37,524 bases of DNA from an uncultured Actinomyces sp. Lineage in GTDB: Bacteria > Actinomycetota > Actinomycetes > S36-B12. The stretch is taken from assembly GCA_964351035.1 (NCBI GenBank), contig CAYGMM010000006.1, positions 1-37,524 of the forward strand, in the 5' to 3' direction. Position numbers and translations under genes: made by a program. The notes beneath the pieces are model-generated. The model was given only the letters and a program-made list of their open reading frames with translations, was not told where the DNA came from and ran no database searches. Below are positions 1 to 15,399 of this stretch, piece by piece. Position 1 is the stretch's first letter, and each line of letters starts with the position of its first letter.

Positions 1-31
1 GCCCCGTCAACGAAGTGCGCGGCCGAGTCAT
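1..31 (-). CDS. Probable 5' end of a septum formation initiator (FtsB/DivIC family) gene, truncated by the window edge
   Basis: ATG at 31-29 (minus) gives MTRPRTSLTG..., 18 bp after the eno stop. FtsB commonly follows eno in Actinobacteria. Only 10 codons are visible. Confidence 0.35.
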   Translation of the reverse strand, partial: MTRPRTSLTG

Positions 32-49
32 CGGCCTATCGTCGCATGA

Positions 50-2033
<1,984 letters not shown>

Positions 2034-2038
2034 GACGA

Positions 2039-2664
2039 CTAGGACAGTGCCAGTGGGGTGAGCAGCGGAGCGGCGAGGTCGGTCGGCTGCGGGCCGAGCT
2101 GCAGGGTCAGTGGGTCCCAGGTGCCGAAGCGCGGGCTGACGTCGACGCCGGTCTGCAGACCGAAGCCGGTCACGTACTGCACGACGGCCTGCTGCTGACC
2201 GCTCTGGTCGGCATCGGGCACGAGGGCTGCGCCGAGCGCCTGGACCTGTAGGGACAGACGCGCCTGCTCCTCGACCTCCTCGGCCGGAACGCCGCTCTCC
2301 AAGAACGCCTGGATGACCGCGTCACGGCCGCCGAACTGCGCGTCGTAGTCCAGAAGGGCAAGGTCGACATCTCCCTGCGTCACCGACACTCCCTGCTCGG
2401 CGCACGCGAGGTCCACGAGTTCGGTGATGATCTTGCGCTGCAAAGTGCCGGTGACCAGGGCAAGGTCTGGCTCGCCGGGAGTCTCGCCCCGCTGCTCCTG
2501 AATCGAATCGACGGTGGAACTGAGATCCTCGGTGCTGATCTGCGTGTCGCCCACCGTGGCTGCGGCACCCGCCTGGCTGAGCCCGGCACACCCGCTCAGG
2601 CCCAGCACGGCAACCGCCGCCGCTGCGGCGAGCAACACTCGTCCGCGAAAGGTCTGGTGGTGAG

Positions 2665-2668
<4 letters not shown>
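2039..2668 (-). CDS. Lipoprotein with SurA N-terminal-like domain
   Basis: Signal peptide with lipobox LSG-C, AAATVGDTQIS, and C-terminal VDVSPRFGTWD. ATGA overlap with the mfd stop. Confidence 0.75.
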
Positions 2669-6167
<3,499 letters not shown>

Positions 6168-6171
<4 letters not shown>

Positions 6172-7007
6172 GCACTCCCCGCCTGCTGCATCGCGTCGCG
6201 CAGTTGCTCGGTGAGCACCGGAAGGCCGACCAACAGGCTGGTGACGTACGGCGTGGGCTGATTGAACGGAATAGGCGAGGCGTCGACGTGTGCGGCCGGC
6301 AAACCCTGGGCGTGGGCGATCGCCAAGGGCGCCGCGACATCCCACTCATAGAAGCCCGTGTCATGCACATAGGCCTCGGCGCGACCGGAGAGGATCTCGT
6401 TGACCTTGGCGCCCACCGAGCCGACGTCGACGATCTCGACACCGGTGTCGTGGCCCTGGGCGCGCAGCGCCTCATCGAGAATGCGCACCGCGTCGCCGAG
6501 CACCGCTGGGGGGCGGGTGCGGGAAGCGACGATGCGCACCGGGCGGTCCGTCGGCAGATCGCGCGACGCGAGGACAGCGTCGTCGTTACGTCGAGTCAGT
6601 CCCTGCGCGGGCAGCTCCACGGTGCTGGCACTGAGCCGTCCGCCACCGGGCGCCTGAGGATCACGGGTCCACAGCACGATGTGAACGGCGAAGTCGGTGC
6701 GCCCCTGGCCGTACTCCTTGGTGCCATCGAGCGGATCGACGATCCACACGCGGTCGGACTCCAGACGAATCGGGTCGTCCTTGCCCTCCTCGCTGAGGAC
6801 GGCATCGTCGGGTCGGAGCTCGGCGAAGCGCGCCACGATGTGCTCGTGCGAGGCGCGGTCAGCAGCCTTGCGTAGATCGTTCGCCCGCTCCCCCTCCGGG
6901 CCGACGTCGAAGGACTCGCGCAGGTCCAGCAACACCCGGCCCGCCTCGGCGGCGATGAGGGCGGAGACCTCCATGTCGGTGAGATCAGCGGGTGACGAAG
7001 CGGTCAT
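6168..7007 (-). CDS. cysQ: Inositol monophosphatase family protein, CysQ-like 3'(2'),5'-bisphosphate nucleotidase
   Basis: VLSEE, WIVDPLDGTKEY, SVGAKV and YEWDVAAP motifs. ATG at 7007 overlaps the pth stop (ATGA). Confidence 0.8.
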
Positions 7008-7585
7008 GAGCGTGCCTCCGTGTGGTAGCGATTCTGGGCGACGGCGACGCCGTCGGTGATGATGCATTCGATGGCGTCGTCGGCCTCAGCCAGGATCGCC
7101 GGAAGTTCATCGCGCTGCGATCCGCTGAAGGCGTGCAGGACGAAATCGGCGGGATCTTGCCGACCCGGCGGTCGCCCGATGCCGACCCGTAGGCGAATGG
7201 TGTCGCCGGTGCCGAGGGACCGCCGGATGCTGCGCAGTCCATTGTGGCCACCGTCGCCACCCCCCTCTTTGATGCGCAGGGCACCGAAGGGGATGTCGAG
7301 TTCGTCGTGCACGACGATGAGATGGTCCGGCTCGACGTCGTAGTAGCCGGCGAGGGCCTTGACCGGGCCGCCGGACTCGTTCATGTAGCCGCGCGTTCGC
7401 GCGAGAACGACCTGGCGCCCGCCGTACCGACCCTCCATCACTTCGCAGTGCGTCGGGCGATGCGACTTCAGGCGCCCACCCCACCGCTCGGCGAGCGACT
7501 CCACCACCATGACACCGACGTTGTGCCGGGTCCTGCCGTATTCGGGTCCGGGGTTGCCCAGGCCCACGACGAGCCAGGGATCCAT
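7004..7585 (-). CDS. pth: Peptidyl-tRNA hydrolase
   Basis: LVVGLGNPGPEY..TRHNVG, YMNESG, HDELD, GGHNGLRSI and RLRVGIGRP motifs. Confidence 0.97.
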   Translation of the reverse strand: MDPWLVVGLGNPGPEYGRTRHNVGVMVVESLAERWGGRLKSHRPTHCEVMEGRYGGRQVVLARTRGYMNESGGPVKALAGYYDVEPDHLIVVHDELDIPFGALRIKEGGGDGGHNGLRSIRRSLGTGDTIRLRVGIGRPPGRQDPADFVLHAFSGSQRDELPAILAEADDAIECIITDGVAVAQNRYHTEARS

Positions 7586-7593
7586 CGCGCCGG

Positions 7594-8067
7594 TCAGTCC
7601 TCGGCGCCCTCGGCGCCGTCGGCGTCCTCGCCACCCTCGGCGGACTCATCGGCACCCGCGGCCGCGGCCTCCATCTCGTCCATGGACGGACCGGACGGCT
7701 CCGGCGCGTTGGCGGCGGCCTCGGCTGCGGCAGCGGCCTCCGCCACCAGGATCTCGGCCTCGGCCGCACGCTCACGCGCCTCGGCCTCGGTGACGATGAT
7801 GAGGTCGACGTGCTCGATGGTGCGGCGAACAGCGTCGCGCTGGATATCGCGCGGCTTCACCAGCGTGGACGACGAACCCTGGACGATCTCCAAGGTGACC
7901 TTGGGCTTGCGCAGCGCCTGCTCGAGCTCGTGGCCGGGCAGTGACAGGTGGATCAGTTCGGAGCCACTGCCGTAGAGCACCACGGGGATACGGCCATCCC
8001 GACGCAGTCGGCGGGCAGCTCCCTTGCCGAAGTCCGAGCGCGGTTCGGCGTCCAAGCGGATGTTCAC
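7594..8067 (-). CDS. rplY: 50S ribosomal protein L25 (5S-binding domain plus acidic Ala/Glu tail), 157 aa
   Basis: FGKGAARRLRRDGRIPVVLYG and IEHVDL motifs. GTG at 8067 has a GAGGAGG SD. Lies between prs and pth. Confidence 0.9.
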   Translation of the reverse strand: MNIRLDAEPRSDFGKGAARRLRRDGRIPVVLYGSGSELIHLSLPGHELEQALRKPKVTLEIVQGSSSTLVKPRDIQRDAVRRTIEHVDLIIVTEAEARERAAEAEILVAEAAAAAEAAANAPEPSGPSMDEMEAAAAGADESAEGGEDADGAEGAED

Positions 8068-8131
8068 AGGTCCTCCTCGTATGTGGCCAGGCGCACCCAG
8101 GCGCGGGGCGGGAGGAATCCCGCGGGCCACG

Positions 8132-8185
8132 TCGATCACGGTGTCGGTGAACCGTCACCCTCGCCGAGGAGCGACGTGAAGGCTA
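8132..8185 (-). promoter_or_regulatory. Putative rplY -10 element and structured 5' leader hairpin
   Basis: TAGCCT at 8185-8180, followed by UCGG-CGAG-GGUG-A-CGG-UUCA-CCG-A-CACC-GUGA-UCGA, a stem with a purine-rich internal loop. Confidence 0.45.
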
Positions 8186-8194
8186 CCACCCGGG

Positions 8195-9169
8195 TCAGGC
8201 GTCCTCGAACATGCGGGTGACCGAGCCGTCGGTGAAGACCTCGTAGATGGCCTTGGCCAGCAGCGGGGCGATCGACAGCACGGTGAGCTTGTCGAAACGA
8301 CGGTCCTCCGGAATCGGGAGCGTGTTCGTGACGACGACTTCGCTGATCCGCGATTCACTCAATCGCGCGGTCGCGGGCGGGCTGAGGATCCCGTGCGTGG
8401 CGGCGACGATGACATCGGCCGCACCGTTGTCGAACAGGGTCTCGGCAGCCTGCGCGATCGTGCCACCGGTGTCGATCATGTCGTCGACCACGACGCACAC
8501 CCGGTCCTTGACGTCACCGACGACCTCGAGCATGCGCACCTGGTTCGGCGTATCGGGATCCCGACGCTTGTGGATGATCGCCAGCGGAGCACCGAGGATG
8601 TCGGTCCACTTCTCCGCCACGCGGACGCGCCCCGCATCCGGTGAGACGACGGTGATGCGCTCGCGATCCAAGCGAGCGGACACGTGCTCGGCGAGCAGCG
8701 GCAAGGCGAAGAGGTGGTCGACGGGGCCGTCGAAGAAGCCCTGGATCTGGGCCGTGTGCAGATCCACGGTGATGAGGCGATCGGCTCCCGCGGTCTTGAA
8801 CAGGTCTGCCATGAGGCGGGCGGAGATGGGTTCGCGCCCGCGGTGCTTCTTGTCCTGCCGGGCGTAGCCGTAGAAGGGGGCGATGACGGTGATGCGCTTG
8901 GCCGACGCACGCTTGAGCGCGTCGACCATGATGAGTTGCTCCATGATCCAGGTGTTGATCGGCGTCGTGTGGCTCTGGATGACGAACGCATCACAACCGC
9001 GGACGGACTCTTGGAAGCGCACGAAGATTTCGCCGTTGGCGAAGTCGTACGCCGAGACCGGACACAGGGACGTGCCGAGGGCGTCGGCCACCTCCTGGCC
9101 TAGTTGCGGATGTGCTCGACCACTGAGCACCACCAGTCGCTTGCTCGGCGGGACGGTCAACTCGCTCAC
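8195..9169 (-). CDS. prs: Ribose-phosphate pyrophosphokinase
   Basis: FANGEIFVRFQESVRG, YGYARQDKK, DLHTAQIQGFFD, VSPDAG and VDDMIDTGGT motifs. GTG at 9169 has an AAGGAG SD. Confidence 0.97.
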   Translation of the reverse strand: MSELTVPPSKRLVVLSGRAHPQLGQEVADALGTSLCPVSAYDFANGEIFVRFQESVRGCDAFVIQSHTTPINTWIMEQLIMVDALKRASAKRITVIAPFYGYARQDKKHRGREPISARLMADLFKTAGADRLITVDLHTAQIQGFFDGPVDHLFALPLLAEHVSARLDRERITVVSPDAGRVRVAEKWTDILGAPLAIIHKRRDPDTPNQVRMLEVVGDVKDRVCVVVDDMIDTGGTIAQAAETLFDNGAADVIVAATHGILSPPATARLSESRISEVVVTNTLPIPEDRRFDKLTVLSIAPLLAKAIYEVFTDGSVTRMFEDA

Positions 9170-9227
9170 GGCGTCTCCTTCGTCACTGCGTCGATTCCGT
9201 ATCCGTCGTTCACTGGTCCGTCGTCCA

Positions 9228-10685
9228 CTACTCCGCCGTACCCGCATCGTGCTCGGCGGCGGCCTGCGCGGAACTCGTGCCGGGGCGCTTGCGCTCAACC
9301 CACCCGGCGATATTGCGCTGCCGCGCTCGACCCACGGCCATCGCACCCGCCGGCACGTCCTCGGTGACCACTGAGCCCGCGGCCGTGTAGGCGCCGTCGC
9401 CGATCGTGACCGGCGCCACGATCATGGTGTCGCTGCCCACGCGCGCATGCTTGCCCACAACCGCGCGGTGCTTCTCCTGACCGTCATAGTTGACGAAGAT
9501 CGTCGCGGCACCAATGTTGGTGCCGACACCGATCTCGGCGTCGCCGACGTAGGACAGGTGCGGCACCTTGGCACCATCCCCGAGGTCGGCGTTCTTCATC
9601 TCGACGAAGGCTCCGGCCTTTGCCTCAACCCCGAGGCGAGCCCCGGGGCGGAGGTAGGTGAAGGGGCCGACCGAGGCGCGAGGGCCGATGACCGCGAGGT
9701 TCGCCCAGGTGTGGATCACCACAGCCCCCTCACCCACTTCGCAACTCGTGAGCGTCGTCCCCGGACCGATGCGGGCCATGCTCGCCACGGTCGTCGGGCC
9801 GAGCAGTGAGGTCTGTGGCAACAGCGTGACGTCAGGCTCGAGATCGACGTCGACATCGATCCACGTCGTCGAGGGATCCAGCATCGACACACCAGCGCGC
9901 ATCCAGCGATCGTTGATGCGATCGCGCATGATCTGCGCGGCCTCGGCGAGTTGCACGCGGTCGTTGACGCCGAGGATCTCGTCGGGGTCCGGAACCCGTA
10001 CGGCCGCGACGGGGCGCGACTGGGCTCGCAGGATCCCCACGACGTCCGTCAGGTACTCCTCACCCTGATCGTTGTCACTGCCGATGCGATCCAGGGCCGG
10101 CATGAGTTCGGCCCTGTCGAAGACGTACATACCCGCATTGATCTCGGCGATGCGCAGGACTGATTCGTCCGCGTCGCGGTGCTCGATGATCGCCTCGACG
10201 GCGCCGTTGCCGTCGCGCACCACGCGGCCATAGCCGGAGGGATCGTCGAGGACGGCGCTCAGCAGGGTCGCCGCCGCGTGGGAACTGACGTGGGACTCAA
10301 CGAGCGCCTCGACCGTCTGGCCGGTGAGCAGCGGGGTGTCCCCGCTGAGCACGATGACCGGTCCGGGAGCGAACGCGTGCTCGGCGACCAGGGCCGACAT
10401 CGCGATCCGGACCGCGTGCCCGGTGCCGCGCTGTTCCTCCTGGACGACCGTGTCAGCCCACGGCGCGATCTCCTCAAGATGTGCGAGCACCTGATCGCGG
10501 CCGTGGCCGACGACCACGACAACGTGCGCGGGGTCCACCGCAGAGGCCGCCTCGAGGACGTGCCCGATCAGGCTGCGACCGGCCACGGCGTGCAGCACCT
10601 TGGGGGTCGAGGACTTCATCCGCTTGCCCTCGCCCGCGGCGAGGATGATGACGGCCGCGGGCCGGGAATCGGTCACGGGCGTCAT
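9228..10685 (-). CDS. glmU: Bifunctional UDP-GlcNAc pyrophosphorylase / glucosamine-1-P N-acetyltransferase
   Basis: [37 protein letters not shown] and PHLSYVGDA motifs plus hexapeptide repeats. The true start may be the GTG at 10676. Confidence 0.97.
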   Translation of the reverse strand: MTPVTDSRPAAVIILAAGEGKRMKSSTPKVLHAVAGRSLIGHVLEAASAVDPAHVVVVVGHGRDQVLAHLEEIAPWADTVVQEEQRGTGHAVRIAMSALVAEHAFAPGPVIVLSGDTPLLTGQTVEALVESHVSSHAAATLLSAVLDDPSGYGRVVRDGNGAVEAIIEHRDADESVLRIAEINAGMYVFDRAELMPALDRIGSDNDQGEEYLTDVVGILRAQSRPVAAVRVPDPDEILGVNDRVQLAEAAQIMRDRINDRWMRAGVSMLDPSTTWIDVDVDLEPDVTLLPQTSLLGPTTVASMARIGPGTTLTSCEVGEGAVVIHTWANLAVIGPRASVGPFTYLRPGARLGVEAKAGAFVEMKNADLGDGAKVPHLSYVGDAEIGVGTNIGAATIFVNYDGQEKHRAVVGKHARVGSDTMIVAPVTIGDGAYTAAGSVVTEDVPAGAMAVGRARQRNIAGWVERKRPGTSSAQAAAEHDAGTAE

Positions 10686-10752
10686 CCTGCCACCGGCAGC
10701 GGCGCGTGTGGCGAAGTGGTCCGAACGAGTTGCTGGCTGATGGTGCGCGGGG

Positions 10753-10823
10753 CTCCCCGGGGAGGGGTCGAACCTCCGTTGACGGATTCAAAGTCCGCTG
10801 TCCTGCCACTAGACGACCGGGGA
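10753..10823 (-). tRNA. tRNA-Gln (anticodon TTG), CCA not encoded
   Basis: Acceptor stem TCCCCGG/CCGGGGA, anticodon arm GCGGA-CTTTGAA-TCCGT, T arm GGAGG-TTCGACC-CCTCC. Lies upstream of glmU. Confidence 0.95.
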
Positions 10824-10862
10824 AGGGCTTGGTGAACTCTAGAACCTCACCTGCGCGGCACC

Positions 10863-10907
10863 TTGACGGGTTTACCTACGGCACCGTAACCTACGCAACC
10901 GTAGGTA
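10863..10907 (+). promoter_or_regulatory. Desaturase promoter with overlapping tandem palindromic operator
   Basis: TTGACG (10863-68), an 18-nt spacer, then TAACCT (10887-92). Two TACG-N4-CGTA units at 15-bp period lie within an outer TACCTACGG...CCGTAGGTA inverted repeat. Confidence 0.7.
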
Positions 10908-10929
10908 CTTCACGGGACGGAGTTTCACG

Positions 10930-11961
10930 GTGACCGCACAGATGGACATGCCCACGCAGTTCGGGCGGTCGGCGGGGGCCGACCTCTCCCCGCGAGAACG
11001 CGCCGCACTCGACGAACCGGTGGCCACCACGAGCACCCCCATGCGGATCACCATCGGCGCCTTCATCGTCGTGCCCCTTCTCGCCGTCGTCGCGGCCATC
11101 CCCGTGGCCTGGGGTGGCTGGCTCGGCTGGGTCGACATCGCGCTCGCGGCGGTCTTCTACGTCATCACCGCTATCGGCATCACTGTGGGCTACCACCGCT
11201 TCTTCACCCACGGTTCGTTCAAGGCGCCGCGATGGATGAAGCTCTTCCTCGCCATCGCCGGTTCACTCGCGCTCGAGGGCTCCATCGACCAGTGGGTGGC
11301 CAACCACCGCAAGCATCACAAGTACTCCGACGAGGTCGGTGATCCCCATTCGCCATGGCGATTCGGCACGTCCAAGCGCGCCGTCGCCAAGGGCCTGTAC
11401 TACGCGCACATGGGGTGGCTCGTCGATGACTTCAACGCGCCCGTGGAGCGCTACGCACCCGACATCGCCCGCGACCCGGACCTTCGTGCGCTCTCGCGCT
11501 GGTTCCCCGCCGTCGTGACCACAACCCTGCTGCTGCCCGCACTCCTCGGTGGCCTCATCACCTGGTCCTGGGTCGGCGCCCTCACCGCCTTCTTCTGGGC
11601 CGGCCTGATCCGCGTCGCGCTGGTCCACCACGTCACGTGGTCCATCAACTCGGTCTGCCACGTCTTCGGCACCCGACCGTTCGACTCGCGCGATCAGTCG
11701 ACCAACGTGTGGTGGCTCGCGGTGCCATCGATGGGTGAGTCATGGCACAACCTGCACCACGTCGAGCCGACCTCCGCCCGCCACGGGGTCCTCACCCGCC
11801 AGTTCGACATCAGTGCCGAGTTGCTGCGCGTGTGGGAGCGCATGGGCATCATCCACGACGTGCGGTGGCCCAAACCCGAGCGCATCGTCGCCAAGCTCGA
11901 GGATCCCTCCCTCGCGCACCGGGTGCGTGGCTATCGCGTACCCGACACCACCGGCGCATGA
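10930..11961 (+). CDS. Membrane acyl-CoA (delta-9-type) fatty acid desaturase
   Basis: His boxes HRFFTH, HRKHH and HNLHH, INSVCH, and hydrophobic TM segments. Confidence 0.92.
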   Translation: MTAQMDMPTQFGRSAGADLSPRERAALDEPVATTSTPMRITIGAFIVVPLLAVVAAIPVAWGGWLGWVDIALAAVFYVITAIGITVGYHRFFTHGSFKAPRWMKLFLAIAGSLALEGSIDQWVANHRKHHKYSDEVGDPHSPWRFGTSKRAVAKGLYYAHMGWLVDDFNAPVERYAPDIARDPDLRALSRWFPAVVTTTLLLPALLGGLITWSWVGALTAFFWAGLIRVALVHHVTWSINSVCHVFGTRPFDSRDQSTNVWWLAVPSMGESWHNLHHVEPTSARHGVLTRQFDISAELLRVWERMGIIHDVRWPKPERIVAKLEDPSLAHRVRGYRVPDTTGA

Positions 11962-12719
11962 GCGTCGACCAGCGCATGAACGTCGAAGTGGCGGAAGGGA
12001 CCGCGGTCGACTCCTCGGTCACCGAACTCACCGTCAGCCAGCGCACGCCGCGTCGCCCGGAGAAGCGTGAACGCACGCGCATGAGTGGCCAGGAACGCCG
12101 CGAGCAGTTGCTCGACGTCGGCCGCCGACTGTTCGCCAAGAAGGGCTTCGAGGCCGTCTCGGTCGAGGAGATCGCGGCCAAGGCGGGCGTCTCCAAGCCG
12201 GTCGTCTACGAGCACTTCGGGGGCAAGGAGGGGCTCTACGCCGTTGTCGTCGATCGCGAGATGGGCTACCTCCTGGACTCCATCACCACCGCGTTGTCCA
12301 GTCCCGCCGACGGCGGTGAACACCTGCACCCGCGCGTACTCCTCGAACGAGCCGGCATGGCGCTGTTCGACTTCATCGATCGTGACCCCGATGGCTTCCG
12401 CATCCTCGTCCGCGACACCCCCGTGGCGCGGGCACCCGAGGCCGGCGATGGCGCTCCCCCGAGCACGTTTGCCGGACTCCTGGTCGACGTCGCCGAGCAG
12501 GTGGACAACCTGCTCGCGGTGCAGTTCAAGGCCTTCGGGCTGCCGACCAAAATGGCCCCGCTGTATGCCCAGATGCTTGTCGGCATGGTGGCGCAGACCG
12601 GTCAGTGGTGGCTCGATGAGCGCAAGCCCAAGAAGGACGAGGTCGTGGCCCACCTGGTGAACCTGGCGTGGAACGGCCTGGGCCACCTCGAGGCCAAGCC
12701 TCGACCCGCCCGCCGCTAA
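11958..12719 (+). CDS. TetR/AcrR family transcriptional regulator
   Basis: HTH SVEEIAAKAGVSKPVVYEHFGGKEGLY. ATG at 11958 overlaps the desaturase stop (ATGA); the ATG at 12081 is an alternative start. Confidence 0.92.
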   Translation: MSVDQRMNVEVAEGTAVDSSVTELTVSQRTPRRPEKRERTRMSGQERREQLLDVGRRLFAKKGFEAVSVEEIAAKAGVSKPVVYEHFGGKEGLYAVVVDREMGYLLDSITTALSSPADGGEHLHPRVLLERAGMALFDFIDRDPDGFRILVRDTPVARAPEAGDGAPPSTFAGLLVDVAEQVDNLLAVQFKAFGLPTKMAPLYAQMLVGMVAQTGQWWLDERKPKKDEVVAHLVNLAWNGLGHLEAKPRPARR

Positions 12720-12737
12720 GGCAACGGCCGCTGGTCC

Positions 12738-13673
12738 CTACGTGACGAGGTGCGCACCGCGCACTGGCCCGACGGCATGCCGTACCCCGCGCACCCGGCC
12801 GGTGCCCGCGAGTTCCGCGGCGAGCCCAATCGCGTGATCGCGGTCGGCCGCCAGGAACACGCACGTCGGCCCACTGCCCGAGACGATGCCGGCGAGCGCA
12901 CCGAGTTCGTCACCAACCGCGAGGGTCGTCGCCAGCGACGGTCGTAGGGCCAGCGCCGCGGGTTGCAGATCGTTGACCAGAAGCGGTGCGAGTTCGTCCG
13001 GGGATCCACTCCGCAGGGCGGCGATCAACGCATCCTCACTGCCCATCGCTGACTCGCCATCGCCCGAAGCCTGCTCGACGTGGCCACTCGCCCGGAGTCG
13101 ATCACACTCGGCAAACACCGCCGGCGTCGACAACTCCCCCTCGTCGAGCGCCACCACCCAGTGCCACTGTCCCCCGTCGAGGATCGGCACCAACTGCTCA
13201 CCGCGGCCGGTCCCCCGCGCCGTACCGCCGAGCAGGCTGAACGGCACGTCCGATCCCAACTGCGCGGCGAGGTCATGGAGCACCTCGTCGTCGACGTCGA
13301 CATTCCACAGGCGACGACAGGCGACCAGCGTGGCGGCCGCGTCCGCACTGCCCCCTGCCATCCCGCCCGCGACCGGGATGGCCTTGTCGATCTCGATGCG
13401 CACGTCGGGGTCGGCGAATCCGGCGAGGCGGCCGAGGGCGAGCGCAGCGCGCGCCGCGAGATTGCGATCATCGACCGGCACTCCGTCGACACGCTCACCG
13501 CGGACCACGATCGTGCGCCCGGTGCCGGGATCGCCGGGGGCAACGGTGATCTCATCGATGAGCGAAACCGCCTGGAAGATCGTCGACAGGTCGTGGAAGC
13601 CATCCGGGCGCAGGGGCCCGACCCGCAGGCTCAGGTTGATCTTCGCGGGCACCGCCACCCGTACGCCGGTCAC
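12738..13673 (-). CDS. ispE: 4-diphosphocytidyl-2-C-methyl-D-erythritol kinase
   Basis: PAKINLSL, IPVAGGMAGGSADAAA, LGSDVPF, NDLQ and VSGSGPT motifs. Confidence 0.96.
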   Translation of the reverse strand: MTGVRVAVPAKINLSLRVGPLRPDGFHDLSTIFQAVSLIDEITVAPGDPGTGRTIVVRGERVDGVPVDDRNLAARAALALGRLAGFADPDVRIEIDKAIPVAGGMAGGSADAAATLVACRRLWNVDVDDEVLHDLAAQLGSDVPFSLLGGTARGTGRGEQLVPILDGGQWHWVVALDEGELSTPAVFAECDRLRASGHVEQASGDGESAMGSEDALIAALRSGSPDELAPLLVNDLQPAALALRPSLATTLAVGDELGALAGIVSGSGPTCVFLAADRDHAIGLAAELAGTGRVRGVRHAVGPVRGAHLVT

Positions 13674-13697
13674 GCGGTGACAGTACCGGGCCAGCCC

Positions 13698-14549
13698 TTA
13701 GATCTGCTGCGCCCGCGCACTCGCGATCCGGGCGAAGGCCGCCACGTCGAGCGCCTCGCCCCGCGCTGAGGGGTCCACCCCGGCCGCGAGAAGCAACCGT
13801 TCGGCCGCCGCGGCCGAACCGGCCCAGCCGGCCAGGGCGGCGCGCAACGTCTTCCGGCGCTGCGCGAAGGCAGCATCGATACAGGCGAACACCTCGGCGC
13901 GCGAGGCGGTGGTCTCCGGTGGGGCCTGTCGAACGAAGGCGACGAGACCGGACTCGACCCGGGGCACCGGCCAGAAGACGCTCGCGGGTACCGATCCGGC
14001 CCGCTCACCACGCGCGAACCACGCGAACTTCACTGAGGGAACGCCGTAGGTCCGGCTACCCGGTGGCGCGACCAGGCGATCGGCCACCTCCGCCTGCACC
14101 ATCACCAGGCCGCGGCCGATCGAGTCGAAGGACTGCAGGAGGTGCAGCACGATCGGCACCGCGACGTTGTAGGGCAGGTTCGCGATGAGCGCGGTCGGCT
14201 CGTGCGGCAACTCCGACACCCGCATGGCATCGCCCTCGACCACCGCGAGGCGGTGGGCATCATCGGGCCGATGGGCGCGCACCGTCTGCGGCAGCGCAGC
14301 AGCCAGAGCCGGATCGATTTCGAGGGCGACCACCTCGGCTCCCGCCGCGAGCAGTCCGAGGGTCAGACTGCCCAGGCCCGGTCCGACCTCGAGGACGACA
14401 TCTTCTGCCGTCACCCCAGCCATGCGCACGATGCGTCGAACGGTGTTGGCGTCGACGACGAAGTTCTGCCCCCACTGCTTCGTCGGCCGGATGTTCAGCC
14501 GCTCGGCGAGTTCGCGGATGTCGACCGGGCCAAGGAGGCCGTCGGACAC
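13698..14549 (-). CDS. rsmA: 16S rRNA m6,2A1518/1519 dimethyltransferase
   Basis: [28 protein letters not shown] and [10 protein letters not shown] motifs. Start trimmed to the GTG at 14549. Confidence 0.96.
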   Translation of the reverse strand: MSDGLLGPVDIRELAERLNIRPTKQWGQNFVVDANTVRRIVRMAGVTAEDVVLEVGPGLGSLTLGLLAAGAEVVALEIDPALAAALPQTVRAHRPDDAHRLAVVEGDAMRVSELPHEPTALIANLPYNVAVPIVLHLLQSFDSIGRGLVMVQAEVADRLVAPPGSRTYGVPSVKFAWFARGERAGSVPASVFWPVPRVESGLVAFVRQAPPETTASRAEVFACIDAAFAQRRKTLRAALAGWAGSAAAAERLLLAAGVDPSARGEALDVAAFARIASARAQQI

Positions 14550-14553
14550 GGCG

Positions 14554-15399
14554 CTACCACTCTCCGAAGGCACGCTGGGAGTTGTCCCACAGGTCGTGGC
14601 ACAGCGACTCGACCTCGACCTGCCGAACCTCGGCCATGGCCCGCACCGTATGGGGAATGAGGTAGGAGGCGTTGACTTTGCCACGGTGCGGGACCGGCGT
14701 GAGATACGGCGCGTCCGTCTCCACCAGGATCGATTCGCGCGGCAGCACGCGCAGCGCCTCGCGAAGGTCCTCGGCGTTCTTGTACGTCACCACACCCGCG
14801 AACGAACACCACCAGCCGCGTTCAGCGCAGTAGGTAGCCATGGCCGCATCGCCGGAAAAGCAGTGGAAGACCACACGATCGGGCGCACCCTCCTCATCGA
14901 GAATGCGCAGGATGTCCTCGTGCGCGTCTCGGTCGTGGATGACGAGCGTGCGATCGAAACGCTTGGCCAAGTCAATGTGTCGACGGAACGACTCGTGCTG
15001 GACCTGCTGAGCCTGCTGGTCCCGAGTGCGGTAGTAGTCCAGGCCGGTCTCGCCGACGGCCCGCACACCATCGCGTTGGGCCAACGTTTCGATCTGCGCC
15101 AGTGCATCCTTCAGCGCCGCCTGGCCACCTCGTTCGACCAATCTCGGCGCCTCGTTCGGATGTAGGGCTACGGCAGCGATAACGTCGCTGCGTCGGTCGG
15201 CTAGATCGGCGGCCCACTGCGAGGACGGCACGTCGCAGCCGACCTGCACCACCCGAGTGATCCCGGCGGCCTCCGCGAGGGCCAGGGCTTGGTCGGGGTC
15301 GAGGGTGTCGCCGAGATGGCGATCGGTGACGTCGAGGTGGCAGTGCGAGTCCACCACCGGCGCCGGCAGCGGCTCGGTCTCCTCGGGACGTTCCTTCAC
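14554..15399 (-). CDS. tatD: TatD-family hydrolase/DNase
   Basis: [33 protein letters not shown] and ETDAPYL motifs. Confidence 0.94.
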   Translation of the reverse strand: MKERPEETEPLPAPVVDSHCHLDVTDRHLGDTLDPDQALALAEAAGITRVVQVGCDVPSSQWAADLADRRSDVIAAVALHPNEAPRLVERGGQAALKDALAQIETLAQRDGVRAVGETGLDYYRTRDQQAQQVQHESFRRHIDLAKRFDRTLVIHDRDAHEDILRILDEEGAPDRVVFHCFSGDAAMATYCAERGWWCSFAGVVTYKNAEDLREALRVLPRESILVETDAPYLTPVPHRGKVNASYLIPHTVRAMAEVRQVEVESLCHDLWDNSQRAFGEW

